64,000 nucleotides of DNA from Flectonema sp. DT1601 (taxonomy: Eukaryota), in the NCBI GenBank assembly GCA_964019425.1, contig OZ025783.1, positions 62,001 through 126,000 on the forward strand, read 5' to 3'. Positions within the stretch are counted from its first letter, which is position 1. Each line of letters opens with the position of its first letter. The position numbers were made by a program, and so were the translations under genes. This document shows positions 28,513 to 39,917 of this stretch, one piece after another. The notes beneath the pieces were generated by a model. That model searched no databases and was not told the DNA's origin. It worked only from the letters and a program-made list of their open reading frames with translations.

Positions 28513-28803
28513 TTAGAGGTTTTCAGCTTCATCACCAGCTGTCTTAACTGCCTGGTCGCGTTCAACGTAGTTAATAATTGGATTGTCTTCAAGTTTGATT
28601 GCCTCTTCCTCGCTTAGTTCTATTTTAAGGATTGCTCTGAATTTTCCGATTCTCGTTAATTGTGGTTTTCCAAATCCTTTCAATTCATCCATCAATTGGT
28701 CAACATCTGAGTCACTAGCTTCTTGCTTCACACCAATCATATACTGATGAGCATTACACAACCCAATCGCAAGGGCAGAGAACATCAACAACATTGACTT
28801 CAT
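28513..28803 (-). CDS. Secreted stand-alone peptidase inhibitor I9 (subtilisin propeptide-like) protein, 96 aa
   Basis: Signal-peptide-like MKSMLLMFSALAIGLCNA; YMIGVK...LSEEEAIKLEDNPIINYVERDQAV matches the I9 pattern (Y.V.lk ... l...p.v.yVE.D..v). Confidence 0.8.
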   Translation of the reverse strand: MKSMLLMFSALAIGLCNAHQYMIGVKQEASDSDVDQLMDELKGFGKPQLTRIGKFRAILKIELSEEEAIKLEDNPIINYVERDQAVKTAGDEAENL

Positions 28804-29010
28804 TTTGTTAAAGTTACGAGTGTGGTTGCTGTTAGTGAAATTAAAAACATAGTGTGTTAAAAGATGATTTATGTTTTTATTTTTTTTGGTTTCGTCTCTT
28901 GTGTGCCCAGTACTTGGACTTTAAATAATAAGAAAAAGCGTTAAAAAGAAATCTTCTCATCAACAGAAGTTGTGAATAAGTTGAATACGAGTAGTCTACT
29001 ACAGATTCAT

Positions 29011-30107
29011 CTACTCAGGAACTTCTTTGCAGTGATGACGTTCTACAACATGTGGTGATGATACCACTGTGTCGATTGGAACTGTTTCGCTGTCTTCAGT
29101 CTTTGATTCAACATCCTCAGTTCTTACAGTAGACGGTCTTGAAAATCTAACTGCTGAATACCAGGCACCTCCAACTAAGTTAAGCACCAAACCAATCCCA
29201 CCCAACATGTTGATTTCAGTTCCGAATATTATTATCCCAGCGAGGGACGTCACGGCAGCCTGTTTGTTAATAATGTTGGTGATCGAAAGAAATGAACCTG
29301 TCAATATAAACTACAAACCTTTAAGTTACCTGCCACAGCATGAGAGAGAGGTGTATTTAAAGTGCAGTCAAGGAAGATGATGATGTTGAGGAAGAGAATC
29401 AGCAGCGCATTGAATCCAACGTGAAACACATCGTTGGGAGTAACTTCACCTTTCCAAATACCAGACCAACCCGTGAAGGAAATAATAACTACCATCAACA
29501 CTGCTGATACAATAGCGTTCAGGAAAACAACAGAAAATACTTTTTCGAGAGATTCGGTTTTCGACTCGACTCCGAGAGTCTTCGACAACACGAATGCGAG
29601 ACCTTGGCCAGCAGCCGAAAGGAATCCAAACACGTATCCAATAAAACTGAATTCCAAATCATGCCAACCAGCGACAATCGTTCCCCCCACCATGACAATA
29701 AGGGCAGGGACACAAGCCATGGTACTATTTGATTTAAAGAGCCAGTACTCTCCTACCCAACACGCTAATATTGTTAATCTCTTTAAAGCTCCAAACATTG
29801 GGATGCTGACGTGTTTTATCGAAAGCAGTCCAAACGCAACGTTCGCAGTGTACGCCACCGCAATTGTTATTTCTTTTGAACTCGCATTCGTTGAGAAACT
29901 AACAGCTCCTCGTCTTAACAAACCGCAACAAACAGCAGCGTAGATCAGAACTACACTGCAGACTGCTTGAGTTAAGAATAAGAAGTTGCTATCATTTAGT
30001 ACAGAGGTTAGTATAGTTTTATTAGAGATTGTACAGAGAGCTGCCCAAATTACAAAAGCAGCGATCAAACTGATACTCTGAAGGGTGGTAATATCTCCCC
30101 CAGCCAT
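29011..30107 (-). CDS. Nucleotide-sugar transporter (TPT/SLC35D-GONST type), copy A; exons 30107-29319 and 29259-29011
   Basis: Multipass hydrophobic protein with NK..L, SIPMFGALKRLT and TPLSHAVAGNLK motifs; a 59-bp GT-AG phase-0 intron (29260-29318) restores the final TM helices. Confidence 0.88.
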
Positions 30108-30469
30108 TTTAATTGGAGGGGTGGAAGGACTTTAGTCAAAAGATACGAATCGTTTCTTCTGAATATAAATTATCGAGGATCCGCTAAACTACGTAGAGCT
30201 ATTCTTCATTTTTATTCTTTTTTTTTAAAGAATGATAAAAACTAAAACAACACAATAACTTTATAAAACCATCGTCAAATGTTGGAATAATTTATTTTAT
30301 CTTTTCATGTGTTGAGAACATCTGTTTGAAACATAAATTAACAACTTAAATACAACTCAGCACACGAACCTCCCAACAAAGGCAGGTAACGGTATCGAGA
30401 GAAGGTTTAGTTAGGTAAATGAAGTAATAAATGCACACAAAGGGTATACTCATCACTCTTATGAAACAA

Positions 30470-31526
30470 TTAATTCAACAAGTCATTCTTCGATAAGTTA
30501 CTCAGATTTAAAACCTTTAAGATATTATTCCCGAGTGAACTAAAAGACCAAGAGTTACCAAAGCATACAATTGAATACCAGGCACCCCCCGTTAGGTTTA
30601 GTAGTAATCCCACCCCACCCAACATGTTGATTTGTGTTTCAAACATAACGATACCAACGAGTGTTGTGATGGCCGCCTGTTTTTGAATTCAGTATTTGTT
30701 GCATTTACCTGAGAAGCGATACAGGGATAAGACATACTTTTACATTACCTGCCACAGAATGAGAGAGAGGTGTATTTAAAGTGCAGTCAAGGAAGATGAT
30801 GATGTTGAGGAAGAGAATCAGCAGCGCATTGAATCCAACGTGAAACACATCGTTGGGAGTAACTTCACCTTTCCAAATACCAGACCAACCCGTGAAGGAA
30901 ATAATAACTACCATCAACACTGCTGATACAATAGCGTTCAGGAAAACAACAGAAAATACTTTTTCGAGAGATTCGGTTTTCGACTCGACTCCGAGAGTCT
31001 TCGACAACACGAATGCGAGACCTTGGCCAGCAGCCGAAAGGAATCCAAACACGTATCCAATAAAACTGAATTCCAAATCATGCCAACCAGCGACAATCGT
31101 TCCCCCCACCATGACAATAAGGGCAGGGACACAAGCCATGGTACTATTTGATTTAAAGAGCCAGTACTCTCCTACCCAACACGCTAATATTGTTAATCTC
31201 TTTAAAGCTCCAAACATTGGGATGCTGACGTGTTTTATCGAAAGCAGTCCAAACGCAACGTTCACAGTGTACGCCACTGCAATTGTTATTTCTTTTGAAC
31301 TCGCATTCGTTGAGAAACTAACAGCTCCTCGTCTTAACAAACCGCAACAAACAGCAGCGTAGATCAGAACTACACTGCAGACTGCTTGAGTTAAGAATAA
31401 GAAGTTGCTGTCATTTAGTACAGAGGTTAGTATGGTTTTGGTCGAAACTGTACAGAGAACAGACCAAACGATGAATGAAATGATCAAACTGATACTCTGA
31501 AGGGTGCTGATCCCTTTTGTTGCCAT
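30470..31526 (-). CDS. Nucleotide-sugar transporter (TPT/SLC35D-GONST type), copy B; exons 31526-30738 and 30676-30470
   Basis: Tandem paralog of copy A (offset 1419 bp); 61-bp GT-AG intron (30677-30737) at the same codon; exon 2 reads AAITTLVGIVMFETQINMLGGVGLLLNLTGGAWYSIV...LN*. Confidence 0.88.
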
Positions 31527-31805
31527 AATTCTTATTGAACAACAAAACAGTTTAATAAATTATTATATCATCTTTGTGATAATCTGTTACTAAGGTGGTA
31601 CATAAAATAACAAACTCTACGCCGCAATGATACTTTATAGAATTCTGTAGTCTATAATTTATAATACCTGAGGAGAGTGGATAAAATAATAAACAAGTAA
31701 TTCAACACAACAACAGAATAGAATACAATCCTAAACCTCTCTGGAGGTGAATAAACGAAACGTAAGAAAAAGTCCGATAAAACGGAGTCGGTAAGCCAAG
31801 AAATG

Positions 31806-34800
31806 TCAAAGAAGCACGCTAGTAGCACTGTCAGTATCCGCCATGTGCATTCTTGATCCCAATGGTGACGCAGAACAAGATCCAAACAGATTCTGAAACT
31901 CACTAAAAGTAACTCCGCAGTACAAACATCTAAATGAGGTCGAATCAATAGCCAAACATGGAAGTGGAGACGGACAAAGCTGTGCTGACAACGAACTACT
32001 GGTAGCAGTTTGAAGCATTCCTGAGGGAGGACATGAACCAGATAATAATGGTGATATTTTAGTATCTATTTCCTCATCGTCAACTTTAGTTTCCTCTTCA
32101 TATGATCGTTGCAGTTGTTCATCAGTCGGATAGTGAGGAAACGTTTTCTTGAATAAAGTTTTAAAGCGATTCCAAACAACAGTTTTAAGTTCTTTACGAC
32201 TCAAACAACCAACAACGACAACAAACAACATGTTTATAACTATCACAGATACCGATACTAAGTACCATTCACCCAAAGGAAGATCTGCAAACATCAACGA
32301 TCCATGATAAAGTGATATTATAATAACCATGTTTGAAGCAATCTCAATCATGTTATCAAATATTGAGGAATACGGAACCAGAACCACTTGCAAACAACAG
32401 AAAAACTCAATTATCCAAATTGATACTTGTAACTGCTGCTTTCCCGCAGGTCCAAATGCAGCCACAAATGCTAACGAAAGCTTCTTTAAAAGCAAAGCAC
32501 TGGCCCAGTATTTCTTTTCACTGGAAAACCCCCCAGTGAAAATTGAAACCGATGACGATATTGCGTCGTCAGAAATAGTTTCTGGAGAAGTAATCCTCCG
32601 TCTTAAAGAAATATTATTATGGAGATAATAAAGTACTGTTGGTAACCCTCCACCGATAATAACTAAAACTGTGATTGAAATACCTGAGAAGACTTCATTA
32701 ATAAGAGATACGCGTGGATCCCAATACAGACTAGTGTGCGTCCAGTTTTTATATTGAAGAGTTGATTGATCCTTTTCAAAGATAACAACGGATGCCTTTC
32801 TCAATACAAAACAACTCTCAAGAGCAATTCGTAAATAAAGTACGTACACAACAAGAGATGTACAAACGCTTAGAAGTACTGAAAAGAGATCTTTTTTTTG
32901 AATTATTCTGGTTTGTTCCATTTCCGTATAGTTGAAACCAGTGTTGATATCACCCAGATTAGCCTTCTGCTTCTTACTAAAGGATAACCACCCATATGAA
33001 ATCCCAGCCAAAACGAATCCCCAGAGAAACGCTAAAAGATAACCAATGTATGAGCGGTAGATGTTTTGACCGAATTCTCTACTCCAGCAATCCAATCCAA
33101 TTGGTTGACCAGTAAATAGTAATAAAAAACTAAAGAATTGAACAACAGAAGCAGCCCAAAAGTCTGATGCGTAATACGCAAGTATTGCTACCGTTTGGAA
33201 ATGATCAAGAATTATACGAAGACGAATACCAATCAATGACATGTTCTCCTTATCGACATCCGATAGAGTTGAGTAGGTAACAATACAACCAGCTACTAAT
33301 GGGAGGACGACGCTAAATAATGAAATTGAAATTATTGTAAAAAGTAAAGCAGTTGCTGTAGAGCATTCTTCACAATGTCCCGATGCAGTGTTGAAATATC
33401 CCTTAGAACAGACTGAGCATTCATAAGATTCGTAACCATCATTACACGTACCAGTTTCTGAACCTGACTGACAAGCATCTGCAACTCGACATTTAACAAA
33501 AGGTGATTTTGGAGAGCTTCTCCAATATCCTTTTTGAGTTAATAAATGAAATGATCCATTACACAGTGCTTCAACAGGACAGTCAGAACACGTTCGTTCA
33601 CCAGGTGGGTTTGTTATAAGTTGATATTGGTAACTAGGACACAATTTTGGATAAATATATTCAGAAATAACGTAAACCTCATTTGACCCAATCATCGAAG
33701 AACAATTTAATTGATAACGAGCTCCAAAAGCAGCCGATACTGAAATATGACCAAAGTGAGCCTCGTGATCTTTGTGTAAGTTGATAGCATCTGTGAACTC
33801 TTTTACGATGTCTGTCGTATGGTAAAGTTCATCCTCAACCGATATAACTTTACAAGTAATCATAAAATTTGAATCTTGCACTGACGTATTACCTGACACT
33901 CTTTTTACAACATGACCAAGCTCATCAACGAGTACTAACTTAGGTTGTATTGCAAGAGGTGTCGCATTCCATGAAGCATAGTCACTAGGTTGATTCTTTA
34001 TTGAGAGACCAGCAGGGGTAGAATCAAGGATATTTATTTTTAATGTTGTGTTCCATTTTCCGTACGTAAACAGTAAATCGAATCGGTTGGAAGCATTCGC
34101 ATGAATCAAGACGACGTCATCAAATACTGTGATACTCGTTCCGTTAATGGCTGAAAAGGATGAAGTTGTTGTTCCAGTGATTCTCAAATTAACAGAAGAA
34201 GGATTAGTGACGGATACAAATGAAGAGTACGAATAACCGTCAGCCTCAACAATAAGTCCATCAGAGTCAACAATTCCAATTACCGTTTTCGGTAATAAAA
34301 TAGTTTCCTTTCCCGCTAAGAAAACTTCTCCTTTCGGTGACATAATCGCAATCCCACCAGGAGGTCCTACAATGTTATAATCTGTTTGACGTATACTTCC
34401 GATGGTTCCATCAAGACTAACTTCAACATTCCCACCTCCTATTAGAGGCATTGCTGGTTGAATACATTTTACAGTAGTTCCGTTGACGTATGTTACCTGT
34501 GCTGTTCCTGTTGATAATTTCTGCTTTCCATCAACTGAAAAGATACAAGACAACAGGGGAGTATTAATAAAACCATAACCAAGAACAGTAATAACATGAC
34601 CTCCTTGTTGTTTACCAGAAGGTGGTATCGCTGCTAACACAACTGCTGAAGGTATTCTTCTAATTGTGATGGGACAGTCAGCATAACGATGGCCATCAAG
34701 AGAGATGGTGAGATGTTGTTTCTCACATTTATTATCAATTGTTGAGAATGAATAAAAAGGAGCTTCACAAGTAACTACCGAGTTGTTCACGATCGTGGCT

Positions 34801-37800
34801 GGTGTTCGCAACTGTTTCTCTCCCCAAATACAAACAGGAATTCCTGTTGACTGTGACATTGGTTTATCAGTTGAGGCTACCGACGGATTACTTGGCACTT
34901 GAAGTCCGCTATCCACAACACTAAAACCCCTTCCCGTAATTGTAAGTATTGTTCCTCCAGTGTAGTCAAGTATCGCGGGCTCAGCTTTATGAAGTTCCCA
35001 AAGCATAAAACTCACCACGCGAGATGTTGTTTCCGACTGAACCAGAGCATAAAGAGTTCTGGTTGGGTTATCAATATAAAAAGAATCGATGATTTCAGAA
35101 CTTCTACTACCATCACCATCACCAGAAGGTTGATGATAATATTTTAACATCACAGAGTCGTAGGCATACACTGAGTTTGAGTTTTGAGCAACTGATATTT
35201 TAATAATTTGACCAGGTTGGTTTCTAATCGTATCGTGAATCGCAATAAAGCAAGCTTCCAGCCATTGGTCACAAGCAATCGCAGAAGTAATTTTTGAATC
35301 TGGTAAGGAAGCTGATTTTGGTTTTGAATCAGTCGGTGATTCCAACACCATGAAATAACTTCGAGAAAAAACAGATTTACTTTCATGAGGAAGAATACTT
35401 TTAAATAACGTGAACGTGACAGCAATGCCATCTGCTGTTTGTAAAAGTTTCGTAGCCTTAGAAATAATCCTACTATCACTATTGTTGTAATAATTGTCAT
35501 CTGTAAAAGACTTTGGCAACATACACGCTGTCACTAAACCAGTAAAACCCGTATCAGGATTGTAGCTGTACGCTTTAAGATCAACACTTCGATGTCTACC
35601 GTCTTCATTAATGCCAACGACGTACAGAAAATTAGTTGTCGCAGTAATAGAAATAATTTCATTAAATTCAACTTCTATCAGATGTTCTTTGCATGGGTTT
35701 ACATTTAGATGAAGTGGGAAGCAAATAGTCGCCATTTTTAATACTCTCAAACGGTTAACAAGACCCGAAATAAAAATAACTGCCTTGGGAGCTGCCTCAT
35801 TGTGATAGCTTAGTGATGATTGTTGAGGTGAAAAAGTTGAAATTTGGAACGATTTCAATCCAGAAAAGGGATTTCCGGTTCCGAATTTAGGAGGATCTGA
35901 AATAGGTGACAACATGTGAACTATTCCAACACCTGTTGACTGTGATAGATTCAATTGATTTGAAGGACTACCTGACATGATAATAACAGCTGAGCTGACA
36001 TCACCTGACAAGTAATATAACCCTCTTAAGATACCAGAGATACCTGTTGAGAGTATTGATGAATTCTGTAGTTGAGTTTGGTCGTCAGTTGGTCGATGCA
36101 TCGCCCAAGCAGACAACGTATTCCCTCCAGCTATAAAGTAACCCCCTTGACCTAATCCTTGATTACTATCTAGAATTATACCATACGGTGGGTAGATCTT
36201 CTCAACTGAACTTTTTGGACCAGACATCGTACCTCCGCGTGTAGTGCAGACTCGTGGGATATCACAATCATCTCCAAAATACTGATCAGTACAACGTTGA
36301 CACTCATTCCCTGCAAAGTTTGAATCACAAGTACAAACACCAGTATCTTGTTGACAGCTACCATGTCTATTACAGTTACACTCATTTAAACATCCAACAC
36401 CCCAATACATGGAAGCACATTTATCACAATTGAGTCCTGACCAGCGAGTAGCACATTCACATTTACCAGTTTGTATATTACAATGTGGATGAGTTAAGTT
36501 ATATGTTACTGAGCATTGTGTTGGGGTACAGTGAGAGTCACAATTCTTTCCATACCAAGTAGCAAAACAATTACAACCTCCATCACCTTGAGGACCTTCT
36601 CTACAAGAACCATTACTGTTACAGTCATCACATTTAATATTACAGCCAAGTCCTGCATGCTGAGAATCACAGCGACACTCTTTTTGGAAGGTGACGCCGT
36701 GGCATATGAATTGACATTCGTCTCCAAAGAATCCGTCTTCACAGATATCGCAGTTTGGATAATTTTTAATATTTAGTAAACATTCACATGTTCCATTACT
36801 TGCACACTTCTGACTTGAGTGAGGGCAGTAACATGAAATCTCACAAGCGTCTCCCAGCCAGCCTTCTTTGCATTGGCAGAGACCAGTTCCACGGACACCA
36901 TCGTCGCAGCTGCCGTGTGGAGCTGAACAGACAAAATTAGTGAGGGGCGACTTGGGACAAGAATTCTGGCAATCAGAACCAAAATACCCCTCCCAACAGA
37001 AACACTCATTTAGGTTTGAATCGTAGGCACCAAAGTAAGGGAAATTACAGGCAGAAATAAGAGTACTGCAGTCAGTACCAATAAACTGTTTATTATTTAT
37101 AATATCTGGAGGATCACATTGACAGTTTCCAATGCTATCGCAATATCCACGACCTGAGCAGACTCCTTCTGGTGTGCCATAGCCGGGACAGACATTCTGA
37201 CAACGATCACCAAATAGACCTGCTTGACCACAACCTTTTGGACAGGCTGTTCCATTAGCTAGTGAACCTCCTTCACAAGCATCTCCACAGAAATCAATAA
37301 AATCAGGTCCTTCCCATCTACTGTAACATTCACACTTACCTTCAACACATTTACCATGACCAGAACAAACATCATTACTGTTTTGAGGAATAGTTCCATT
37401 ATTAGGACAAGTGTGTTGACAGGCTGATTGTAAATGTCCAGACATGCCGGGTGTACAAGTAGAACAGTCAATTGATCCATTCCAGTTGGTATCACAAACA
37501 CAAGTTGGAGGAGAGGATGGTAATTTAGTACAATAACCATGTCCTGAACAGGGAAGTATTGTACCTGGACACTTATACTCGCAGGCATCACCAAAGTATC
37601 CCTTTGAACAGCTACAATGAGCTGTGACAGGATCACATTTTCCTAAATTAGAACAGGTTGGTATACCATGACATCTTGTTGTACAGTTCGTTCCTCCAAA
37701 TCCGTTTTCGCATGAAATGCAATTCGGAGGTAGTCGATTTCTCAAACAGCTGCAGCTGCCATCTCCAGTGACATTGTTATTACAAATACCGTGTTCAGGT

Positions 37801-38477
37801 AAACACTTACACTTCGTACTGCAATCAGTTCCTGCATATCCAACATCACATGAAATACATTGACCTGTTCCATTTATACCAGATGAGCAATTACCATGTC
37901 CACTACAAGGTAAAAATGTTGAAGTTATTGAAGACCACACAAGAGAAGGACATTGTTGTGAGCAGGATGATCCAAATTGAGAATCAACGCAATCTGAGCA
38001 ATCTGAAAGGGGATCCCATCCGCTGTCACACGTACACGACCCGTCTGCTGAAATACCGGAGTTGCAGACTCCGTGACCGTTGCAGTTATGAGGTGGGCAA
38101 CTGTTGTCACACTCTTCACCAAAATATCCTTCTTTGCAATCCTCGCAAGCAGCACCTGACCAGTATCCTCTACTTGTTACGTTTTGATCACATTCACAAC
38201 TACCATCACCTGAATATCCTGAATTACAAACACCGTGACCATTACATTCATTACATGATCCTCCTCTACATTCTTGTTGACAATCTGCACCTGAGTATCC
38301 AGACCTACAGTCACTACATGTGAGACCTCCCCAATTGTGGTTACAAAAACAGTTAGTTGAGCCAGCTACACACGACCCATGGTCACATAAACAAACAGTT
38401 AAACTAACTGTGCTGAATCCCAACAATAACACGACTATGAATACTGCACGTAATCTAATTCGTGGTAGGCATGTCAT
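31806..38477 (-). CDS. Large surface protein (2,223 aa): signal/anchor, ~720-aa EGF/laminin-EGF array, IPT/TIG and Ig-like domains, Cys-rich GYWR module, multipass TM C-terminus
   Basis: Repeated CxxHGxC..G.G.C.C..G(W/Y)xGxxC; IPT-like GGTILTITGRGF and GGHVITVLGYGF; many C-terminal hydrophobic helices; first ATG at 38477 (the ORF-track start 38519 is TTG). Confidence 0.9.
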   Translation of the reverse strand: MTCLPRIRLRAVFIVVLLLGFSTVSLTVCLCDHGSCVAGSTNCFCNHNWGGLTCSDCRSGYSGADCQQECRGGSCNECNGHGVCNSGYSGDGSCECDQNVTSRGYWSGAACEDCKEGYFGEECDNSCPPHNCNGHGVCNSGISADGSCTCDSGWDPLSDCSDCVDSQFGSSCSQQCPSLVWSSITSTFLPCSGHGNCSSGINGTGQCISCDVGYAGTDCSTKCKCLPEHGICNNNVTGDGSCSCLRNRLPPNCISCENGFGGTNCTTRCHGIPTCSNLGKCDPVTAHCSCSKGYFGDACEYKCPGTILPCSGHGYCTKLPSSPPTCVCDTNWNGSIDCSTCTPGMSGHLQSACQHTCPNNGTIPQNSNDVCSGHGKCVEGKCECYSRWEGPDFIDFCGDACEGGSLANGTACPKGCGQAGLFGDRCQNVCPGYGTPEGVCSGRGYCDSIGNCQCDPPDIINNKQFIGTDCSTLISACNFPYFGAYDSNLNECFCWEGYFGSDCQNSCPKSPLTNFVCSAPHGSCDDGVRGTGLCQCKEGWLGDACEISCYCPHSSQKCASNGTCECLLNIKNYPNCDICEDGFFGDECQFICHGVTFQKECRCDSQHAGLGCNIKCDDCNSNGSCREGPQGDGGCNCFATWYGKNCDSHCTPTQCSVTYNLTHPHCNIQTGKCECATRWSGLNCDKCASMYWGVGCLNECNCNRHGSCQQDTGVCTCDSNFAGNECQRCTDQYFGDDCDIPRVCTTRGGTMSGPKSSVEKIYPPYGIILDSNQGLGQGGYFIAGGNTLSAWAMHRPTDDQTQLQNSSILSTGISGILRGLYYLSGDVSSAVIIMSGSPSNQLNLSQSTGVGIVHMLSPISDPPKFGTGNPFSGLKSFQISTFSPQQSSLSYHNEAAPKAVIFISGLVNRLRVLKMATICFPLHLNVNPCKEHLIEVEFNEIISITATTNFLYVVGINEDGRHRSVDLKAYSYNPDTGFTGLVTACMLPKSFTDDNYYNNSDSRIISKATKLLQTADGIAVTFTLFKSILPHESKSVFSRSYFMVLESPTDSKPKSASLPDSKITSAIACDQWLEACFIAIHDTIRNQPGQIIKISVAQNSNSVYAYDSVMLKYYHQPSGDGDGSRSSEIIDSFYIDNPTRTLYALVQSETTSRVVSFMLWELHKAEPAILDYTGGTILTITGRGFSVVDSGLQVPSNPSVASTDKPMSQSTGIPVCIWGEKQLRTPATIVNNSVVTCEAPFYSFSTIDNKCEKQHLTISLDGHRYADCPITIRRIPSAVVLAAIPPSGKQQGGHVITVLGYGFINTPLLSCIFSVDGKQKLSTGTAQVTYVNGTTVKCIQPAMPLIGGGNVEVSLDGTIGSIRQTDYNIVGPPGGIAIMSPKGEVFLAGKETILLPKTVIGIVDSDGLIVEADGYSYSSFVSVTNPSSVNLRITGTTTSSFSAINGTSITVFDDVVLIHANASNRFDLLFTYGKWNTTLKINILDSTPAGLSIKNQPSDYASWNATPLAIQPKLVLVDELGHVVKRVSGNTSVQDSNFMITCKVISVEDELYHTTDIVKEFTDAINLHKDHEAHFGHISVSAAFGARYQLNCSSMIGSNEVYVISEYIYPKLCPSYQYQLITNPPGERTCSDCPVEALCNGSFHLLTQKGYWRSSPKSPFVKCRVADACQSGSETGTCNDGYESYECSVCSKGYFNTASGHCEECSTATALLFTIISISLFSVVLPLVAGCIVTYSTLSDVDKENMSLIGIRLRIILDHFQTVAILAYYASDFWAASVVQFFSFLLLFTGQPIGLDCWSREFGQNIYRSYIGYLLAFLWGFVLAGISYGWLSFSKKQKANLGDINTGFNYTEMEQTRIIQKKDLFSVLLSVCTSLVVYVLYLRIALESCFVLRKASVVIFEKDQSTLQYKNWTHTSLYWDPRVSLINEVFSGISITVLVIIGGGLPTVLYYLHNNISLRRRITSPETISDDAISSSVSIFTGGFSSEKKYWASALLLKKLSLAFVAAFGPAGKQQLQVSIWIIEFFCCLQVVLVPYSSIFDNMIEIASNMVIIISLYHGSLMFADLPLGEWYLVSVSVIVINMLFVVVVGCLSRKELKTVVWNRFKTLFKKTFPHYPTDEQLQRSYEEETKVDDEEIDTKISPLLSGSCPPSGMLQTATSSSLSAQLCPSPLPCLAIDSTSFRCLYCGVTFSEFQNLFGSCSASPLGSRMHMADTDSATSVLL

Positions 38478-38484
38478 TTCTGTA

Positions 38485-38514
38485 CTGCAGGTGGGAAGTA
38501 AGAATAGAATGAAA
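38485..38514 (-). promoter_or_regulatory. Putative spliced-leader trans-splice acceptor (pyrimidine tract + CAG) of the EGF gene
   Basis: Minus strand TTTCATTCTATTCTTACTTCCCACCTGCAG 7 nt before the ATG. Confidence 0.45.
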
Positions 38515-38739
38515 TTCAAACCACAAAGAGAATCACAAGCAAGTCTTCACATGTATTGTAATGTCTGTTAATTATTAAAAAGTTACTTCGTGGGATGTAA
38601 TTTTATAATAAGAAGGTCACAATTGGAACTACGAGGCGAGAAGAGGCGGAGCTCTATGTGAGTTGAAAACGGCTGCAGGTCGCTCGAACAACGCAGCAAG
38701 GAAAAAAAAAGATGAGAAAAAAAAAAAGAAAAGAACAGA

Positions 38740-39727
38740 TCAGTGAGTCTGCTGTCCCTCAGGTGTTAACTTTAATATTTTTATTGTTACATCCGAATAC
38801 TTCGCATCCACACTAATAGCAGGAGAGTACCTCTGTGATGTGCTCAGAGGAAGAGAATGAAAACCAAAGTCAGACTTAGAAACTTCAACTGGTTTTGAGC
38901 GGGCAATTCGGAAGGTTCGAGATGGACCTTCCCAACGGAATCTGACGGAATATTTATTCTTTATCCAACCTGACTGCCATGAAGATGAGTGTGTAGGAAT
39001 ACCCTTTCCAGTAGAGTAAGTGAGTTTCTTAGACTGGTCGACTCCCCATCCATTGTCACCCGGCTTCTCTGCAAACCCAGTAGCGGAAACACCAGCTGTG
39101 AGGGACCAGCCGGAAGATTCTTTTGTTTCAATGCAAACATCCCATTCGACGATATTTTCCTCCGTTAGAATGAATGTAGTTATCAAATTAACATTCTTAG
39201 ACCCTCTTGGGATCATTACCGTCATACCATCAGGTGAGATCATTACATTCCCTGGAGCTAGTTTTCTATTAAAACTAATCATGTTTGGATCACAAATATC
39301 ATCTTTGTTTGATAATTCAACAGATTCAATTTTACCAACCAACTGTTGAATTGTATTCTGTTGCTGACCTACGAGTAGCTTCAATGCGTCTATTTCCTCA
39401 CCCTGTTGCAGAACTAACTGAGTCAAGTCATCTTTCCAGCTGCTACTCTGTTGAAGCCTACTCTTCACTTCTTGCTGTAAATCCTTCTGATCTATCTCAC
39501 CACTAGCTGTTGGTAAAGGGGCTGGTGCTGGGGAGGGTGCCGGTACTGGTACTGGTGGCTGTGTCGCTTGCAACATATTTCCAATTATATTCGTTCTTCG
39601 TGTTTCAAGAGAAACTGGAGGCTTACCATTTTGAAGCATCGTTACGTTGGGAGTTGGTTTTGGGAATTGGGAATGTTGCTGCTGCTTTTGCTGCTGTTGT
39701 TGTAGCGGCTGTTGTTGCTGCTGTTGT

Positions 39728-39819
<92 letters not shown>

Positions 39820-39874
39820 TTGTTGCTGCTGCTGCTGTTGTTGCTGCCGCTGTTGTTGTTGCTGCTGCTGTTGT

Positions 39875-39917
<43 letters not shown>

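Noticed and set aside
29434..31362. 169-aa plus-strand ORFs duplicated in both transporter copies
   Set aside because: Antisense shadows of the real CDSs
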